Below the pieces are notes generated by a model, which worked only from the letters and a program-made list of their open reading frames with translations, did not search any database and had not been told where the DNA came from. Shown here one piece after another: positions 20,719 to 31,388 of a stretch of DNA of 64,000 bases. Origin of the DNA: Candidatus Multivoradales bacterium (GTDB lineage: Bacteria > Acidobacteriota > Thermoanaerobaculia > Multivoradales > J023); assembly GCA_965248925.1 (NCBI GenBank), contig CBDFLE010000006.1, positions 1 through 64,000 of the forward strand, read 5' to 3'. The translations under genes were made by a program, and so were the position numbers. How positions within the stretch are numbered: position 1 is the stretch's first letter; each line of letters starts with the position of its first letter.

Positions 20719-22314
20719 GTGAGCACACGCGACCAGGAGCAGGCCGCAAGGGGAGCTAAGGAATCAGGCGCCTGGCCTATCCACCATTTACCCTCGGCCG
20801 CCGAGCGCAAAGTGCTCCGCGTCCTCTGGGGCCATCAGGGCAAAAACCTAGTTCGGATCGATATCCACAACAAGATCCCCGTCCTTCACCAGAGAACTCT
20901 CGGTCGCACCGGACAGATTCTGCGTAGCCTCTACGAAGAGGGACTAATAGACCGTGTTACCGGCCGCGCCCAGGGCAGTCGGCAAGCCGGCTTCTACGCC
21001 CTCTCCGAGCACGGGCTACAGTTCTGCAGAATCATGGGTTTCGAGCACAAGAAACGGGCACTCTTTCCGACATCGAGAGAGTTTCGTGAGCACTGGCTAA
21101 CGCCCAAGCACCTTTCAAGGCACCTCGATGCCCATGGCCAAATTGTGGCGGTCTACGGCTACATTCCTGGCCTAGGAAGATCGACTTTGATCGCCCACAT
21201 CGCCAAAGCAATGACAAGAGACTCCGGAACGAGAGAACAATTTCTGGTGGCCGACCTCGACTTCGAGTCGCCCGGACTCGACGATTTCTTTACCTCACAG
21301 GAAGCGCAGCACTGTCGTGGCCTTGGCGGCCTGCGAGTAGACTTCGAACTAAGACTTCCTCACAAGAGGGCACTCTGGCTTCGAGCCGCCTTGAGCGACT
21401 CTAAGTATGTAATTCGACCAACTGAGCCAGATGTTCCAGGATTACTCTACCTGCCGAGCGGGCTCAGTTCCAGGCAAACCGCCCTCTCCCCTACGGACCG
21501 AGGTGAAGCGCTGAGGCTGCTGCAGCAAGAGGCCGAATCATCTCCTAGAAATACCCCTAATCAACAGGCCTCGGAAGGGATGACTTTCCTGTCCGAGCTG
21601 CGAAAGGCACTCTCTGAGAAGTTCACCAAAGTCCTCATCGATTCGCAGTTTGGTCGTAGTCTCGGATCCTGGATTGCCACACAGCCTCTGCCCGATGAGC
21701 TTGTCGTCTGCGCCGAAGAGGCAGACAAGACCGAGACAACGATCGCTGGACTACAAGCAGTGCTCGCCAACTTCCTCAACCACCGAAATTATCACGGAGA
21801 ACCCGCAGGAGTATATTTCCTCTTCCGGCTCAAGGCCCCGACGAGCCCTGTTGATCTGAAAGAGTGGATCGATCGAAACCTGACCGTAGGAGATTCCGGC
21901 CACCGCCCTCGTCTCAAGTCTCCACCCTACCGGGTGGAGCAGCTGCCCTACGACTTGCGCTTGGCGAAAGATCGCCGGCACTGGGAGCACTCTCACTTCT
22001 ACCGACGAGTCATTCGCTTGCTGGGTCTGACTCCCGACACCGAGCCCTTTGAGGCTCCACCCCCAGAACTCCGCATCCTCTTGGACGTTCTCGATCCTAC
22101 AAGGAAGCAGTATGAAAGGACTCTCGCCGCCGGACTTCTGGAGAACGCTCCTCTGGCCGAACTTGCCAGGTGGATAGACTGGCATCATGCCAGAGGATCT
22201 CTGCCGGTAGAATCCGATACATTGGGAAGAAAGTTGCTGCAAGAAATCCTTGAGGTAAAAATGTTCTCAAGAATCATCAGTGCTTCTACTAATAGAACCA
22301 CGTCTAAAGAATAG
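20719..22314 (+). CDS. Winged-HTH fused to a ParA/MinD-like ATPase with degenerate Walker A
   Basis: N-terminal wHTH (ERKVLRVL...LYEEGLIDR...FYALSEHG); VYGYIPGLGRST, DLDFESPGL, LPSG, VLIDSQFG. Confidence 0.7.
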   Translation: MSTRDQEQAARGAKESGAWPIHHLPSAAERKVLRVLWGHQGKNLVRIDIHNKIPVLHQRTLGRTGQILRSLYEEGLIDRVTGRAQGSRQAGFYALSEHGLQFCRIMGFEHKKRALFPTSREFREHWLTPKHLSRHLDAHGQIVAVYGYIPGLGRSTLIAHIAKAMTRDSGTREQFLVADLDFESPGLDDFFTSQEAQHCRGLGGLRVDFELRLPHKRALWLRAALSDSKYVIRPTEPDVPGLLYLPSGLSSRQTALSPTDRGEALRLLQQEAESSPRNTPNQQASEGMTFLSELRKALSEKFTKVLIDSQFGRSLGSWIATQPLPDELVVCAEEADKTETTIAGLQAVLANFLNHRNYHGEPAGVYFLFRLKAPTSPVDLKEWIDRNLTVGDSGHRPRLKSPPYRVEQLPYDLRLAKDRRHWEHSHFYRRVIRLLGLTPDTEPFEAPPPELRILLDVLDPTRKQYERTLAAGLLENAPLAELARWIDWHHARGSLPVESDTLGRKLLQEILEVKMFSRIISASTNRTTSKE

Positions 22315-22333
22315 AAAACCTTGAGTAAGAGAG

Positions 22334-24940
22334 ATGGAACAATATATTTCCATGGATATCTCCAAACTCGACACTGAGGCGGCAGATCTCGTTGCCGCAA
22401 TCGCCTGTCAGTTCGACAGTACTCAAGATTCCATAAAGCAACTCAGAGTTCTGGCGAGCGCACTAGCCCACCAACCTCAGGTCACTGGAGCCCTGGTTGC
22501 TGCCTGCGAAGAAGGCGGCCCCACTCTCAGCGGCACCCGAAACTTCTCGATCGCTGGTACAATCTGTCCTCTCGATATTCTTGAGAAGGTCACGGGAAGC
22601 CTTCCCGACACTGGAAACTGGACAGACCTGGACCATACCGGAATAGAAGTGCCCGGAGCCTATTCGGTCTTAGGGCGCAAAATCATCGCAGAAGGCGAGA
22701 TGGTGGCTCTAGCACTGGTCGGCTTGGCAGACTCTGCCGGCGTGAATCCTCTCAAGAACCAACCCGAGTGGATTTGGCAGTATCTTGGGCGGACGGCTCA
22801 GAGCGCTCTCAACCGTCACGAGAAGCTCTACTTCGAACAACTGCGCAAGTTAGAGCTTCGCGCTCTAACACAACTTGAGGCCAGCCTCTCCGGCAACCTC
22901 GAAGCGCAGAGACTCCAACTGCGAAGAATTGCTAGAGATCTCAAAGAAATCTTCGCCTCCGCGGCCGTCACTATTCTCATCCGCGAGCAAGGCAAACTGT
23001 ACTTATCAGCAACGACCGACGTGAAGCTCGCCAAGTGCGAGGTCACCTATGATCCAGGACTGGGACTTACCGGCCACATCCTTGAGACTGGATGTGCGAT
23101 CAATCTCCGCAACGCAAGGGATCTCGGTGAAATGCGCCAGTGGCTTCCGGACGACCTGGTGCAGCAGAGAGGACCGGCTAGCTACTATCCAGAGACTCTC
23201 GCAGAGGCCAACGGTGACCCGTTTCGCTTTCTAGCCGTCCCAATGCGGTCGGACCATGAGATCAGAGGAGTCATCCGGATACTCCGCGAAGAGCAAGACT
23301 TCCCATATTCCCCATCCGAACAGAAGGCACTTCAACACTTTGCAGATTTCTTGGCGACTACTCTGCACGCTGCGTGGAAGCTCTTCCTTTCCAATTCGAT
23401 TATTGAAGCAGAGACTGAAGCAATTTGCGTTACCCGGCAAGAGCCCGGCAAGGGGCATGAAGCAGAAACCATCCCCAGGGTCGTTTACGTTGAACAGGGA
23501 GCAGAACGTCTCTTGGGTCTCAAGCGCGACCAGCTTGAGAACATGGATGGGCGTGAGCTTTACGCCGACGATGACTACGAGAGAGTACGCTTCTGTCTGG
23601 AACAGGCCATTCGCGAGGGAAAAAGAGTCTACGGCCCAATAAAGATCAAGACAAATCGCTTCGGAGACTCCGGAACAGACCTCCGATTCTCTGAAATTTC
23701 CTATCGCATGCTCACCAGCCCATTTGTGATACCCGAAACCCACTACACCATTGCGGTAATTCGAGACATTACGGAAGACGAGTTCCAGGCCGAACAGCAT
23801 CGTCGACTCATGGCTCTTCTCGATAAAAAGGGTTTGGCATACTTCCGAGCTGATGAGAACGGCAACACAATCGAGACGACGGCCACAGAGAGTAAGCTTA
23901 CCGGATACTCACTAAACGAGTTAAGGAACCTTTCACGAAAACACCTCTTTTACAATCCGCCGGACCGTCACCATCTTATCGGTACTGTCGACGAGCGTGA
24001 AGGAGAACTCGTCTTTACTAACCAACAGCTCAAACGCAAGGACGGCAGTCCCTTCTGGGTAGAGGGTCACATGCACAAGCTAAAGGACGTCGAAGACCGC
24101 AAGATCGGTTACGAAGGACTGTACGAAGATGTCACGGACCGAATGATGCTCCAGGAGTTACTCGACACCGGCGCAGACACAATTCTTAAGAAACGTGACC
24201 TGTATCAACAACTAAAGGAGAACACGAGGTTTCAATCCCTGTTCATGGCAAGTATGTGCCATCAACTCCGCTCCCCACTCGGTGCTCTCCTGGGCCAACT
24301 TCAGAATTTCGAAGAGGGCATCACTGACACGCTACGATTTTCGAAACGCCTACACTACGCTATCGGACAGGTGAAGATCTGTAGTCTTCTAGTTGCGAAC
24401 TTCACTTACATGGACAAGCTTCTGCGTGGTGAGCGATTCAAATTCAGACGCCTCAATCTCACTAAGTTAGTTATCGAAACAAGGATCGATTTTGAACATT
24501 TGGCCCATGAGCGCAAATTGAAGATCACGGTTGACTCCGAGAGTTGCGATCGTTATTTCCCGGCCGTCCATGGCCACAAAGAGTTGATTCGCCAGGTTCT
24601 TGTTAACTTGATCGACAACGCTATCAAGTATTCCAATCCTCACTCTACAATAAGGCTCGTAAGTAAAGAGATGCCCGGACGGATCTATCTGGAAATTGCT
24701 AGTCATGGTCTGCTTGTGCCCAAGGAGGACCGCAAGAAGATTTTCAATCGTGGCGTCCGCATCAAGGCAGCAGAAAATCTAGTACCTGAGGGAACTGGCT
24801 TGGGACTGTGGCTCGTCAAAAAAATTGTGAAGGCTCACGGCGGAGAGGTCCGTTGCACTGAGATTTCCCTGAAGGACAAGGCGCACATGGCTTTTCAGAT
24901 CAGTCTACCGGGCCGACAGCAAATCGGCAGGAGGAATTAG
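22334..24940 (+). CDS. GAF-PAS-PAS sensor histidine kinase (no TM segment evident)
   Basis: GLTGHI...FLAVPM..GVIR GAF; RKDGSPFWV PAS; HQLRSPL, NLIDNAIKYS, GTGLGL. Confidence 0.92.
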   Translation: MEQYISMDISKLDTEAADLVAAIACQFDSTQDSIKQLRVLASALAHQPQVTGALVAACEEGGPTLSGTRNFSIAGTICPLDILEKVTGSLPDTGNWTDLDHTGIEVPGAYSVLGRKIIAEGEMVALALVGLADSAGVNPLKNQPEWIWQYLGRTAQSALNRHEKLYFEQLRKLELRALTQLEASLSGNLEAQRLQLRRIARDLKEIFASAAVTILIREQGKLYLSATTDVKLAKCEVTYDPGLGLTGHILETGCAINLRNARDLGEMRQWLPDDLVQQRGPASYYPETLAEANGDPFRFLAVPMRSDHEIRGVIRILREEQDFPYSPSEQKALQHFADFLATTLHAAWKLFLSNSIIEAETEAICVTRQEPGKGHEAETIPRVVYVEQGAERLLGLKRDQLENMDGRELYADDDYERVRFCLEQAIREGKRVYGPIKIKTNRFGDSGTDLRFSEISYRMLTSPFVIPETHYTIAVIRDITEDEFQAEQHRRLMALLDKKGLAYFRADENGNTIETTATESKLTGYSLNELRNLSRKHLFYNPPDRHHLIGTVDEREGELVFTNQQLKRKDGSPFWVEGHMHKLKDVEDRKIGYEGLYEDVTDRMMLQELLDTGADTILKKRDLYQQLKENTRFQSLFMASMCHQLRSPLGALLGQLQNFEEGITDTLRFSKRLHYAIGQVKICSLLVANFTYMDKLLRGERFKFRRLNLTKLVIETRIDFEHLAHERKLKITVDSESCDRYFPAVHGHKELIRQVLVNLIDNAIKYSNPHSTIRLVSKEMPGRIYLEIASHGLLVPKEDRKKIFNRGVRIKAAENLVPEGTGLGLWLVKKIVKAHGGEVRCTEISLKDKAHMAFQISLPGRQQIGRRN

Positions 24941-24942
24941 AG

Positions 24943-25416
24943 ATGCCCCAAGGTGGTAAAGTATTACTTGTTGACGATCGTGTCGGCGACATCCAATGGG
25001 TGATTGATTTCCTGGAGAACTTTGGACAGAGAGTTGAGCGCGTTTCAAACGAGGCGGATGCCAGGAAACGATTCGATGCTGTAGGCTCGGGCAAGGCGTC
25101 CTACGTACTTGCTATTATCGACATCATGGTTTCGCTGAAGGACATCCTCGACATCTCCGAAGTCGACGAGACCTTCTATCGAAAGTCTAGTCGTACCGGA
25201 GTTCGGCTCTGCAAATACCTACGCGAAGAACTTCGTGTCAGCGCGGACGAGTTGCCTATCATCTGTATTTCTGGCAGGCCTGACGCAGAAGGGGTCCGTA
25301 AAGAGCTCCGCAAGCTCGGTATCCCCCTCTATAACCGGGTCCCTTCCCAAAGAGAAGAGTCGCTCCGAAGCGCTCTTACCGAGTACCTGCCGGAACTCAG
25401 CCGCCGGCAACAGTAG
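24943..25416 (+). CDS. Single-domain response regulator
   Basis: VLLVDD, AIIDIM, PIICISG. Confidence 0.85.
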   Translation: MPQGGKVLLVDDRVGDIQWVIDFLENFGQRVERVSNEADARKRFDAVGSGKASYVLAIIDIMVSLKDILDISEVDETFYRKSSRTGVRLCKYLREELRVSADELPIICISGRPDAEGVRKELRKLGIPLYNRVPSQREESLRSALTEYLPELSRRQQ

Positions 25417-26783
25417 GCACAGAACAACATGCCAGATCAGAACCAACAGTCCCCAAGCATCCAAGGACTCTGCGAAAAGATGGAGTCCATCGAAATCGAA
25501 CTCATCGCACAAGACCACAGGAGTCTCAGGGTCTGGAGAAATTTCTTCAGATACATATTCTGCTCGGGGGAACCCAGACGTCGAGCCTCAGTGGAGGCAG
25601 TAGTGCGCTGGTGCTTTCTTGGAAGCAACAAGCTAGTCATCCTCGGTGGCATATTTGCAGCTGCGATAGCATTTCAAGCTAACAATCTTCTAGACGATCA
25701 GAACCTGAAACTCGACCTTCAGAATCGATTGCTCATTCTGCAAACCCATCAAGAAGAGGCGCAGCGTAGCATTGAAGCAGGAAGGCAGCTGCACCAACTC
25801 ATGCGAAAGGTAGGTAGAGGAAGATTTGACTGTGACGGTTTCACACCTGACCCCTATCTCGACACCGATCTATGTCCAAATTCTGGGTCCACTGAGTCTA
25901 AAAACGCTTACTGCATAGGCGAGAACTTGATCCAGGAACTTTCAGCTTTCTCCTCTACCGTTCAACCTTATCGCATCGTGTCAGGGGATCTGACGATTCG
26001 AACTCTCTACACCGGATCTGATGATATAGCGGCTGAGGCGCGAGGAATTCAGTACTGGCTGGGCCTCTCCAGATCAATCAATGATGATCTCGAACTACTC
26101 CCAGTTCCGCAGCTTTCGAGTTCCAGACGAAGTCCCGAGCGCGGTGAGCTAATAAGGCGACTGTTAGTTGAACAGCGGATACGAGGCGCTTTCGGCGCCA
26201 AACGAAAGGGAATGATTCTTGAGTCAGCACATCTACCGCCCGGAACTAGCCTGGATGGCGCCGATCTAACGAATGTCAAGTTGCGCAACGCCGACTTCAC
26301 AGCAATTACTCTTAACAATGCAGTCGCTGTAGACGGTGATTTTCGAGGATCTTCACTCAGATTCTCGAAGCTTAAATGCTCCACTTTTTCCAATGCCCTG
26401 TTTCAAGACGTTGACCTATACAATGCTGACCTAAGTGGATCGAATCTCATAGCAGCCCGTGGCAGAAGTCCGTTTCTACAAAATGTGGCCTAAATTGAGG
26501 CCAGCCGGCGCAGGTGGTCTGATCGAAGATCTTAGTGGCCAATATCCGCTCTCGTGCGGCAGAAGCCAGCTCAGCAAGCTACATACGGCGCGAAAGCCCT
26601 GTTCGAGAGCCGAAAGAAAGCCCTGAAGGGCCCGTGGAGTGCCGGCTCCATACATTTGACGAAGCAGCAGCCCAAGATTGAATCCCGCGATGTGAATCAG
26701 CAACCTTTTGCGGATGTTGTCGTGACCTCGAAGGTGGGTCCTTCTCATACCGCCAGTCTGTTAGCGGCTGAGCAAGAACGTAT

Positions 26784-27125
26784 CTATTCGGTGTAATCCG
26801 AGCCGGTGTGCAGCCCCTGCTCGCGCCGAGCGGTGCTTTGGAGATACTTGAGATACCCCTCGATGTCTTCAAGGCCATCGAGTTCTCGAATCACCGGCGC
26901 AAAGTAGGCGAGGGATCGGATCTTGGCTAGCTTGGGTGCCTCTGGAGATCGCTGGATTCGTCGACCGGCTGCGAGGAGAATGGCTGCTCTGATCTGATCG
27001 ATGGAGACTTGCTGCTGGTAGAGATCAAGAGCGAGTACGCGGTCAGTGGGTCTTGCCTGAGCAGGGGTCTCCTGCTGCTCAAGGTAAGCTCTGAGAATCG
27101 CCTGGACGTAGTCGCACTTGCTCAT
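26784..27125 (-). CDS. IS21 accessory hypothetical protein (113 aa)
   Basis: MSKCDYVQAILRAYL...IRSLAYFAPVI; ATGA overlap with the istB stop; inside the IRs. Confidence 0.7.
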   Translation of the reverse strand: MSKCDYVQAILRAYLEQQETPAQARPTDRVLALDLYQQQVSIDQIRAAILLAAGRRIQRSPEAPKLAKIRSLAYFAPVIRELDGLEDIEGYLKYLQSTARREQGLHTGSDYTE

Positions 27126-27886
27126 GACACCTTCGCCTTTCGCCGCCGCGCGCGGTCTTGTGCTCGCCGTTTCTTTTCCTCTTCTGCTTCTTTGCGCCGA
27201 TAGGAGTCGCCTTCGATGGTGACGATCTCGGCGTGATGTACGAGCCGATCGACAAGGGTGACCACGCAGGTGGCCGAGGCGAAGACGCTCTGCCACTCGG
27301 AGAAGGGTTTGTTGGTGGTCAGCAGAATAGATTTCTTCTGATACCTCCGGCTTACCACCTCGAAGAGGAGGTCGGCGTGGCGATGGTCGTAGGACAGGTA
27401 GCCTAGCTCGTCAATGGCCAGCAGATCGGGCCGGGTGTAGAGGGCCAGGCGCCGCTGCAGAGCCCTGGAACTCTCTTGTGCCGCGAGGTCGTTGAGCAGT
27501 TCGCTGGCGGTGAGCATGCGTCCGGTGGCGCCACGCAACAAGGCCTGGTAGGTGAGATTCTGAACGATCATCGACTTGCCGACGCCGTTGGGACCGAAGA
27601 GGATGACGTTGGCTCCTTCTTCGAGCCATTGGAAGTTGAAGAGGTCTTCCACCATCAGGCGATCGATCTTTCGTGGCCACTTGTAGTCGAAGTCGGCCAT
27701 CGGCTTGAAGGTGCCGATGTGTGCGTTGCGGATTCGCCTCTCGAGGCTCCTCTGGTGTCGCACTATCTCCTCTCGGTCGATCAAAGGCAGCACCCAAGGC
27801 TGGTTCTGAAGTTGACTCCAATCTTCGACCAGACCGTGCAGCCCGAGCTTCTTGGCCCGGATGAGCAGATCTTCAGTCGTCGTCAT
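27122..27886 (-). CDS. istB: IstB helper ATPase
   Basis: GPNGVGKS, LLAIDELGY, LTTNKPF, DRLVHHA, GDSYR. Confidence 0.95.
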   Translation of the reverse strand: MTTTEDLLIRAKKLGLHGLVEDWSQLQNQPWVLPLIDREEIVRHQRSLERRIRNAHIGTFKPMADFDYKWPRKIDRLMVEDLFNFQWLEEGANVILFGPNGVGKSMIVQNLTYQALLRGATGRMLTASELLNDLAAQESSRALQRRLALYTRPDLLAIDELGYLSYDHRHADLLFEVVSRRYQKKSILLTTNKPFSEWQSVFASATCVVTLVDRLVHHAEIVTIEGDSYRRKEAEEEKKRRAQDRARRRKAKVS

Positions 27887-29372
27887 GAGGATCCTCCTGG
27901 CGGCTGAGACGGTCGTAGTCGTTGAGATCATGAGGGCGCACGTCGAGATCCCGGATTCTGGGATCTTTGGGTAGGCGGAGAGGAAGCATCGGCGTGGCCT
28001 GACGCTCGCGCTCACGGCGCTCGAGCACCAGGCGAACGGCCTGGACGTCGCAGGAGTGGTTGCCGAGCGCCTCTTCGACGGCCGAGGTGAGAGCCTCGGT
28101 GCCGTAGTGGTCGAGCAAACGCAGGAGTGCTGCGGTAGCGGTTCCCAGAGGCAGCCCTCTCTCGGCGAGTCGCTGCAACAGCGCCTCGCACCTTGGAGCC
28201 GCGCGCCTGAGACGATCGAGCCCCCGATGTTTCTTCGCCCGGTGTTTGTGATCGACAAGCTCCTGGATATGCTCGGGGTTCTCGATCTGCTGGCTGCGAT
28301 CGAAGGATCTGGGATGGCACGCCACGACCTTGTGACCGTCGAAGATGCGTACCTCTAAGAGGCTGGCGCGCACCGTCAGAGTGCGGCGCACCCGATCGAA
28401 CGGCACCGAGTAATCGTTGCGATCAAAGCGTGCATACGGCGTCTTGCCAATGTGAGCCTCGCCGCGCTCCTCGGTCCGAAACGGCTCGGTGGGCAGCTCG
28501 ATCAGGTAGGACCTCTCGTCCTCGAAGGCTTCGCTGACCGTTCTGCTGGGGTCCTGATGCCATTTCCGACGATCTGCCCAGCCCTCACACCATGCCTCGG
28601 CTTGACGATTCAAATCGTCGAGATCCTTGAACTCCCGACCGGCGAAGAACGAAGTTCGGATATAGCGAATGGCGCGCTCTACACGTCCTTTCTCGTTGCC
28701 CCGAGCGATCGCTACTGGCCGTGGCTCGAATCGGTAGTGGCCGGCAAATTCCTGGAACTTGGGGTTGTAGCGAATCGCCTCGCCCCGGCGTTCGAGCACC
28801 ACACTTTTCAGATTGTCGTAGAGCAAGATCTTGAAGACACCTTGCCATCTCTCGAAGGTGGCCACATGACCGCGCAGAAAATTCTCCATCCGCGCGTTGA
28901 GGAAGAACCGGAGGAAGATCCGACGCGAGTAGCTCGCTACCAGAACGAAGCCCATCAGGCTGTGCTCCGCGCCTCCCACCTTGATAGAGCCGAAATGGCC
29001 CCAATCCACTTGCCCTTGCTCGCCAGCCAAGGTGGTCAGGCGCAGGTAAGCCTCAGCCTTGCGACGAGGTCTTATTCGAGCCACCAGGTGACGGAAATGA
29101 TCCTCACCTCCTGAGTAGCCGCGCTCCTTGACCATCTGGTAGAGCCGACTCGCCGGGAGGCTCGGGAACTTCTCCAAGGTCTGGTGCATGAAGGGCTGGT
29201 AAGGATCAACTATCGAGCTGCGGGTCGAAATCGCCGTCGGCGCCCCGGCATCCCGCAGGGCTCGCTGCACCGTCTCGTAGTGAACTCCGAGCTGCCGGCT
29301 GATCGTGCCCGGCCGCCATTTCTCCACGAAGTGGTAGCGCAGGATCTCCTGTTTCTTCTCTTCTGAAATCAT
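27873..29372 (-). CDS. istA: IstA transposase
   Basis: GEQGQVDWG, YDNLKS, EKGRVERAIRYIR, DRNDYSVP. Confidence 0.95.
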   Translation of the reverse strand: MISEEKKQEILRYHFVEKWRPGTISRQLGVHYETVQRALRDAGAPTAISTRSSIVDPYQPFMHQTLEKFPSLPASRLYQMVKERGYSGGEDHFRHLVARIRPRRKAEAYLRLTTLAGEQGQVDWGHFGSIKVGGAEHSLMGFVLVASYSRRIFLRFFLNARMENFLRGHVATFERWQGVFKILLYDNLKSVVLERRGEAIRYNPKFQEFAGHYRFEPRPVAIARGNEKGRVERAIRYIRTSFFAGREFKDLDDLNRQAEAWCEGWADRRKWHQDPSRTVSEAFEDERSYLIELPTEPFRTEERGEAHIGKTPYARFDRNDYSVPFDRVRRTLTVRASLLEVRIFDGHKVVACHPRSFDRSQQIENPEHIQELVDHKHRAKKHRGLDRLRRAAPRCEALLQRLAERGLPLGTATAALLRLLDHYGTEALTSAVEEALGNHSCDVQAVRLVLERRERERQATPMLPLRLPKDPRIRDLDVRPHDLNDYDRLSRQEDPHDDD

Positions 29373-29791
29373 CTTCGATCTCTCCGTTTGCGCCGCCGTC
29401 GTCGTCTGAGGGGATCCAGACGGACGAATGGACGGCAGAGAACGCCACAGAAGCAGCATCGCGGCTCGCCGAGCGGGGCAAGGCGGTCCTTGGACCCACT
29501 CGGGGGTGGCGTAGTGAGGATGACTGGGGGCTCTGGGGGTGGGGTACCCTGATGCGTTACTTTCTGCGCTTCGGCCTGCTGGCGCTGACGCCATCGGGCC
29601 TGCCGCTCGGCCTGATTTCGGCGACCTTGAGGGGTCTGGCAGTAGCGCCAACCAGCAACTCGCAAGGACTCGCGGCGGGCGGCGCTGGAGCACTCCTGGC
29701 CACAGTAAATCTGCCCCCGGTCACAGTGCGAGCAGATCTCGACCGAGGCTCGACACCCAGCACAGAAATACCACCGGTAGTCCTCGCGCAC
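29369..29791 (-). CDS. IS21 accessory Cys-rich (putative Zn-binding) basic protein
   Basis: CAGC-x6-CSHCDRGQIYCGQEC, Arg-rich helix, C-terminal CCFC; ATGA overlap with the istA start. Confidence 0.75.
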   Translation of the reverse strand: MREDYRWYFCAGCRASVEICSHCDRGQIYCGQECSSAARRESLRVAGWRYCQTPQGRRNQAERQARWRQRQQAEAQKVTHQGTPPPEPPVILTTPPPSGSKDRLAPLGEPRCCFCGVLCRPFVRLDPLRRRRRRKRRDRR

Positions 29792-29877
29792 CGTCTCCAG
29801 CTGGACAGAGGGTAGACGAGACGATGATTTCCGAAGATACTTAGCGCGAGCCGGCCTATCGGTCGCGCTTCTTGGGG

Positions 29878-29921
29878 AGGTCCAGGGGTTTCGACCGCCT
29901 AGTCAAATTGCCCCTGGACCT
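29878..29921. promoter_or_regulatory. GC-rich hairpin in the IS21 leader
   Basis: AGGTCCAGGGG...CCCCTGGACCT 11-bp perfect stem. Confidence 0.55.
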
Positions 29922-31388
29922 TCGTCTCTTCCGTCCACAGCCCTATTCTGCAAGATCACGGACCCGCCTGCGGCGGGGATGATGATTCCGTTGGGCGGGA
30001 TCTAGAGAATGGTGCTGGTCTGCGCTCTACACCAACTACGTACGCTTTCCCGTAGCCGCTAACACAGTCTCGTAGCAATGGGCAAAGGTGCGTTCTACTT
30101 TCTCTCCTCGACGCCGCGACAGCTCGCGGCCTCGACGACCCTTGATCCGTCGACGGTTGGCATACACCGCTTGCTTCTCCGCCTCTTTGCCGCACCAGTT
30201 GCGTCGGCCTCGATCCGGTTCCGAAATATAGGTTCGAATCTTCCCTTGACGCTGTGCCTTCATGACCGCGTTACTGTGATAGCCCTTGTCAGCCACCAGC
30301 TCTGAACGGACTTTCTCGCTCAAGTGATCGCCAGCCTCCGAATCCTCAACGACATCTTCCAGCACCGCAGCGACTTCATCCAACGTCCGCTCTAGGCTCG
30401 ACGTGTCCCCTCGGTCTGCAGGTTGCACCGTCACCGCCACAACCGCACCCGTCTCCATATCCACCGCATGCTCGGCTTTGTGCGCCAGATGCGTCCGCCC
30501 ATCCTTCATTCGCGTGACTTTGGCGTCGGGATCGTGGGGGTTCTTCCAGTCGCCGTTCGACGTCTTTTTGTTCTTCCTTTGGCGGTCAAAACGCGCCAGA
30601 TCCGCTCGCGTCGGGGTCTCCACACCCGAAGCCTCGGCCAGGCGCGTGAGAAACTCTTCGTAGCTCTCGCCCGAGTCTCGACGCACGATGCTGCGCATCG
30701 CCGCGTTCGCCTCGAGGGTCGTCGCATCGATGCCCAGCGTCTTTCCCCGGAGCAAGCCAGCCTTCGCCAGTACTTGCAAAGCCCAAGCAAACACCGCCTC
30801 ATGGGTCTCGAGATCGATCAGGCGACGGGTCCGAGAGAGCGTCGAATGGTCCGGGGTCTGGTCCGAGAGTTCGAAGCCCAGAAAGTCGCGCAGAGTCATC
30901 GAATCCGCAAGTCGCCAAGCGATACCTCGCTCGGAGTCGATACCCTCGAAGAAGCCGATCAGCAGCAACCGAAAATACACCGCGGGCGCCAGCGAAGGTC
31001 GTCCCATGCTCGTAGCGTAAAACCTCGCGCACTGCTCCTCGATAAAGCGATCGAAACCGTGCTTGTCGAGAATCTTGGACAGACGCTCGTAGAAAGGATG
31101 TCCTGGGGACTTGGCCAGCGCCTGGGTTTCCACCCAGAGCTGCCGCTGTCTTCGTTTGCTTCGCCTGCCCATCGCCATGGTCGCTACCTCCCTCGGGTGG
31201 AAAGATTCTACCAGGGAAGATCGCCAAGACGGCCGTAATCGGGACTTTCACCACGGGCTGATAGGGGCAATATTCGTCAAGGCCAACCTTAGAAAGTCTG
31301 ACCTACTCGGCACACACATGAGGAGTACTGACTTGCATCTAGCCAACCTCCGAGGTGCAAACCTTGAAAGCACGCGGGGTCTCACTAA

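Larger units (their letters stand above)
26759..30064 (-). mobile_element. IS21-family element with two accessory genes (3306 bp)
   Basis: Terminal IR TGTTAGCGGCT at both ends; CAGTC TSD at 26754-26758 and 30065-30069; istA+istB. Confidence 0.93.
26476..31178 (-). pseudogene. IS1182-like DDE transposase, split (31178-30065 and 26753-26476)
   Basis: GIDSERGIAW, PDHSTLSR, IDAT, VADKGY; FAHCYET joins GGMRRTHLRG across the IS21. Confidence 0.88.
26453..31260 (-). mobile_element. IS1182-like element interrupted by IS21
   Basis: IRs CAGCCCGTGGCAGAAGTCC / GGACTTTCACCACGGGCTG; ATAG TSD at 26449-26452 and 31261-31264. Confidence 0.88.

Noticed and set aside
29373-29693. N-terminal extension of IstA in the ORF track
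   Set aside because: Overlaps the Cys-rich ORF; ATGA coupling supports a start at 29372
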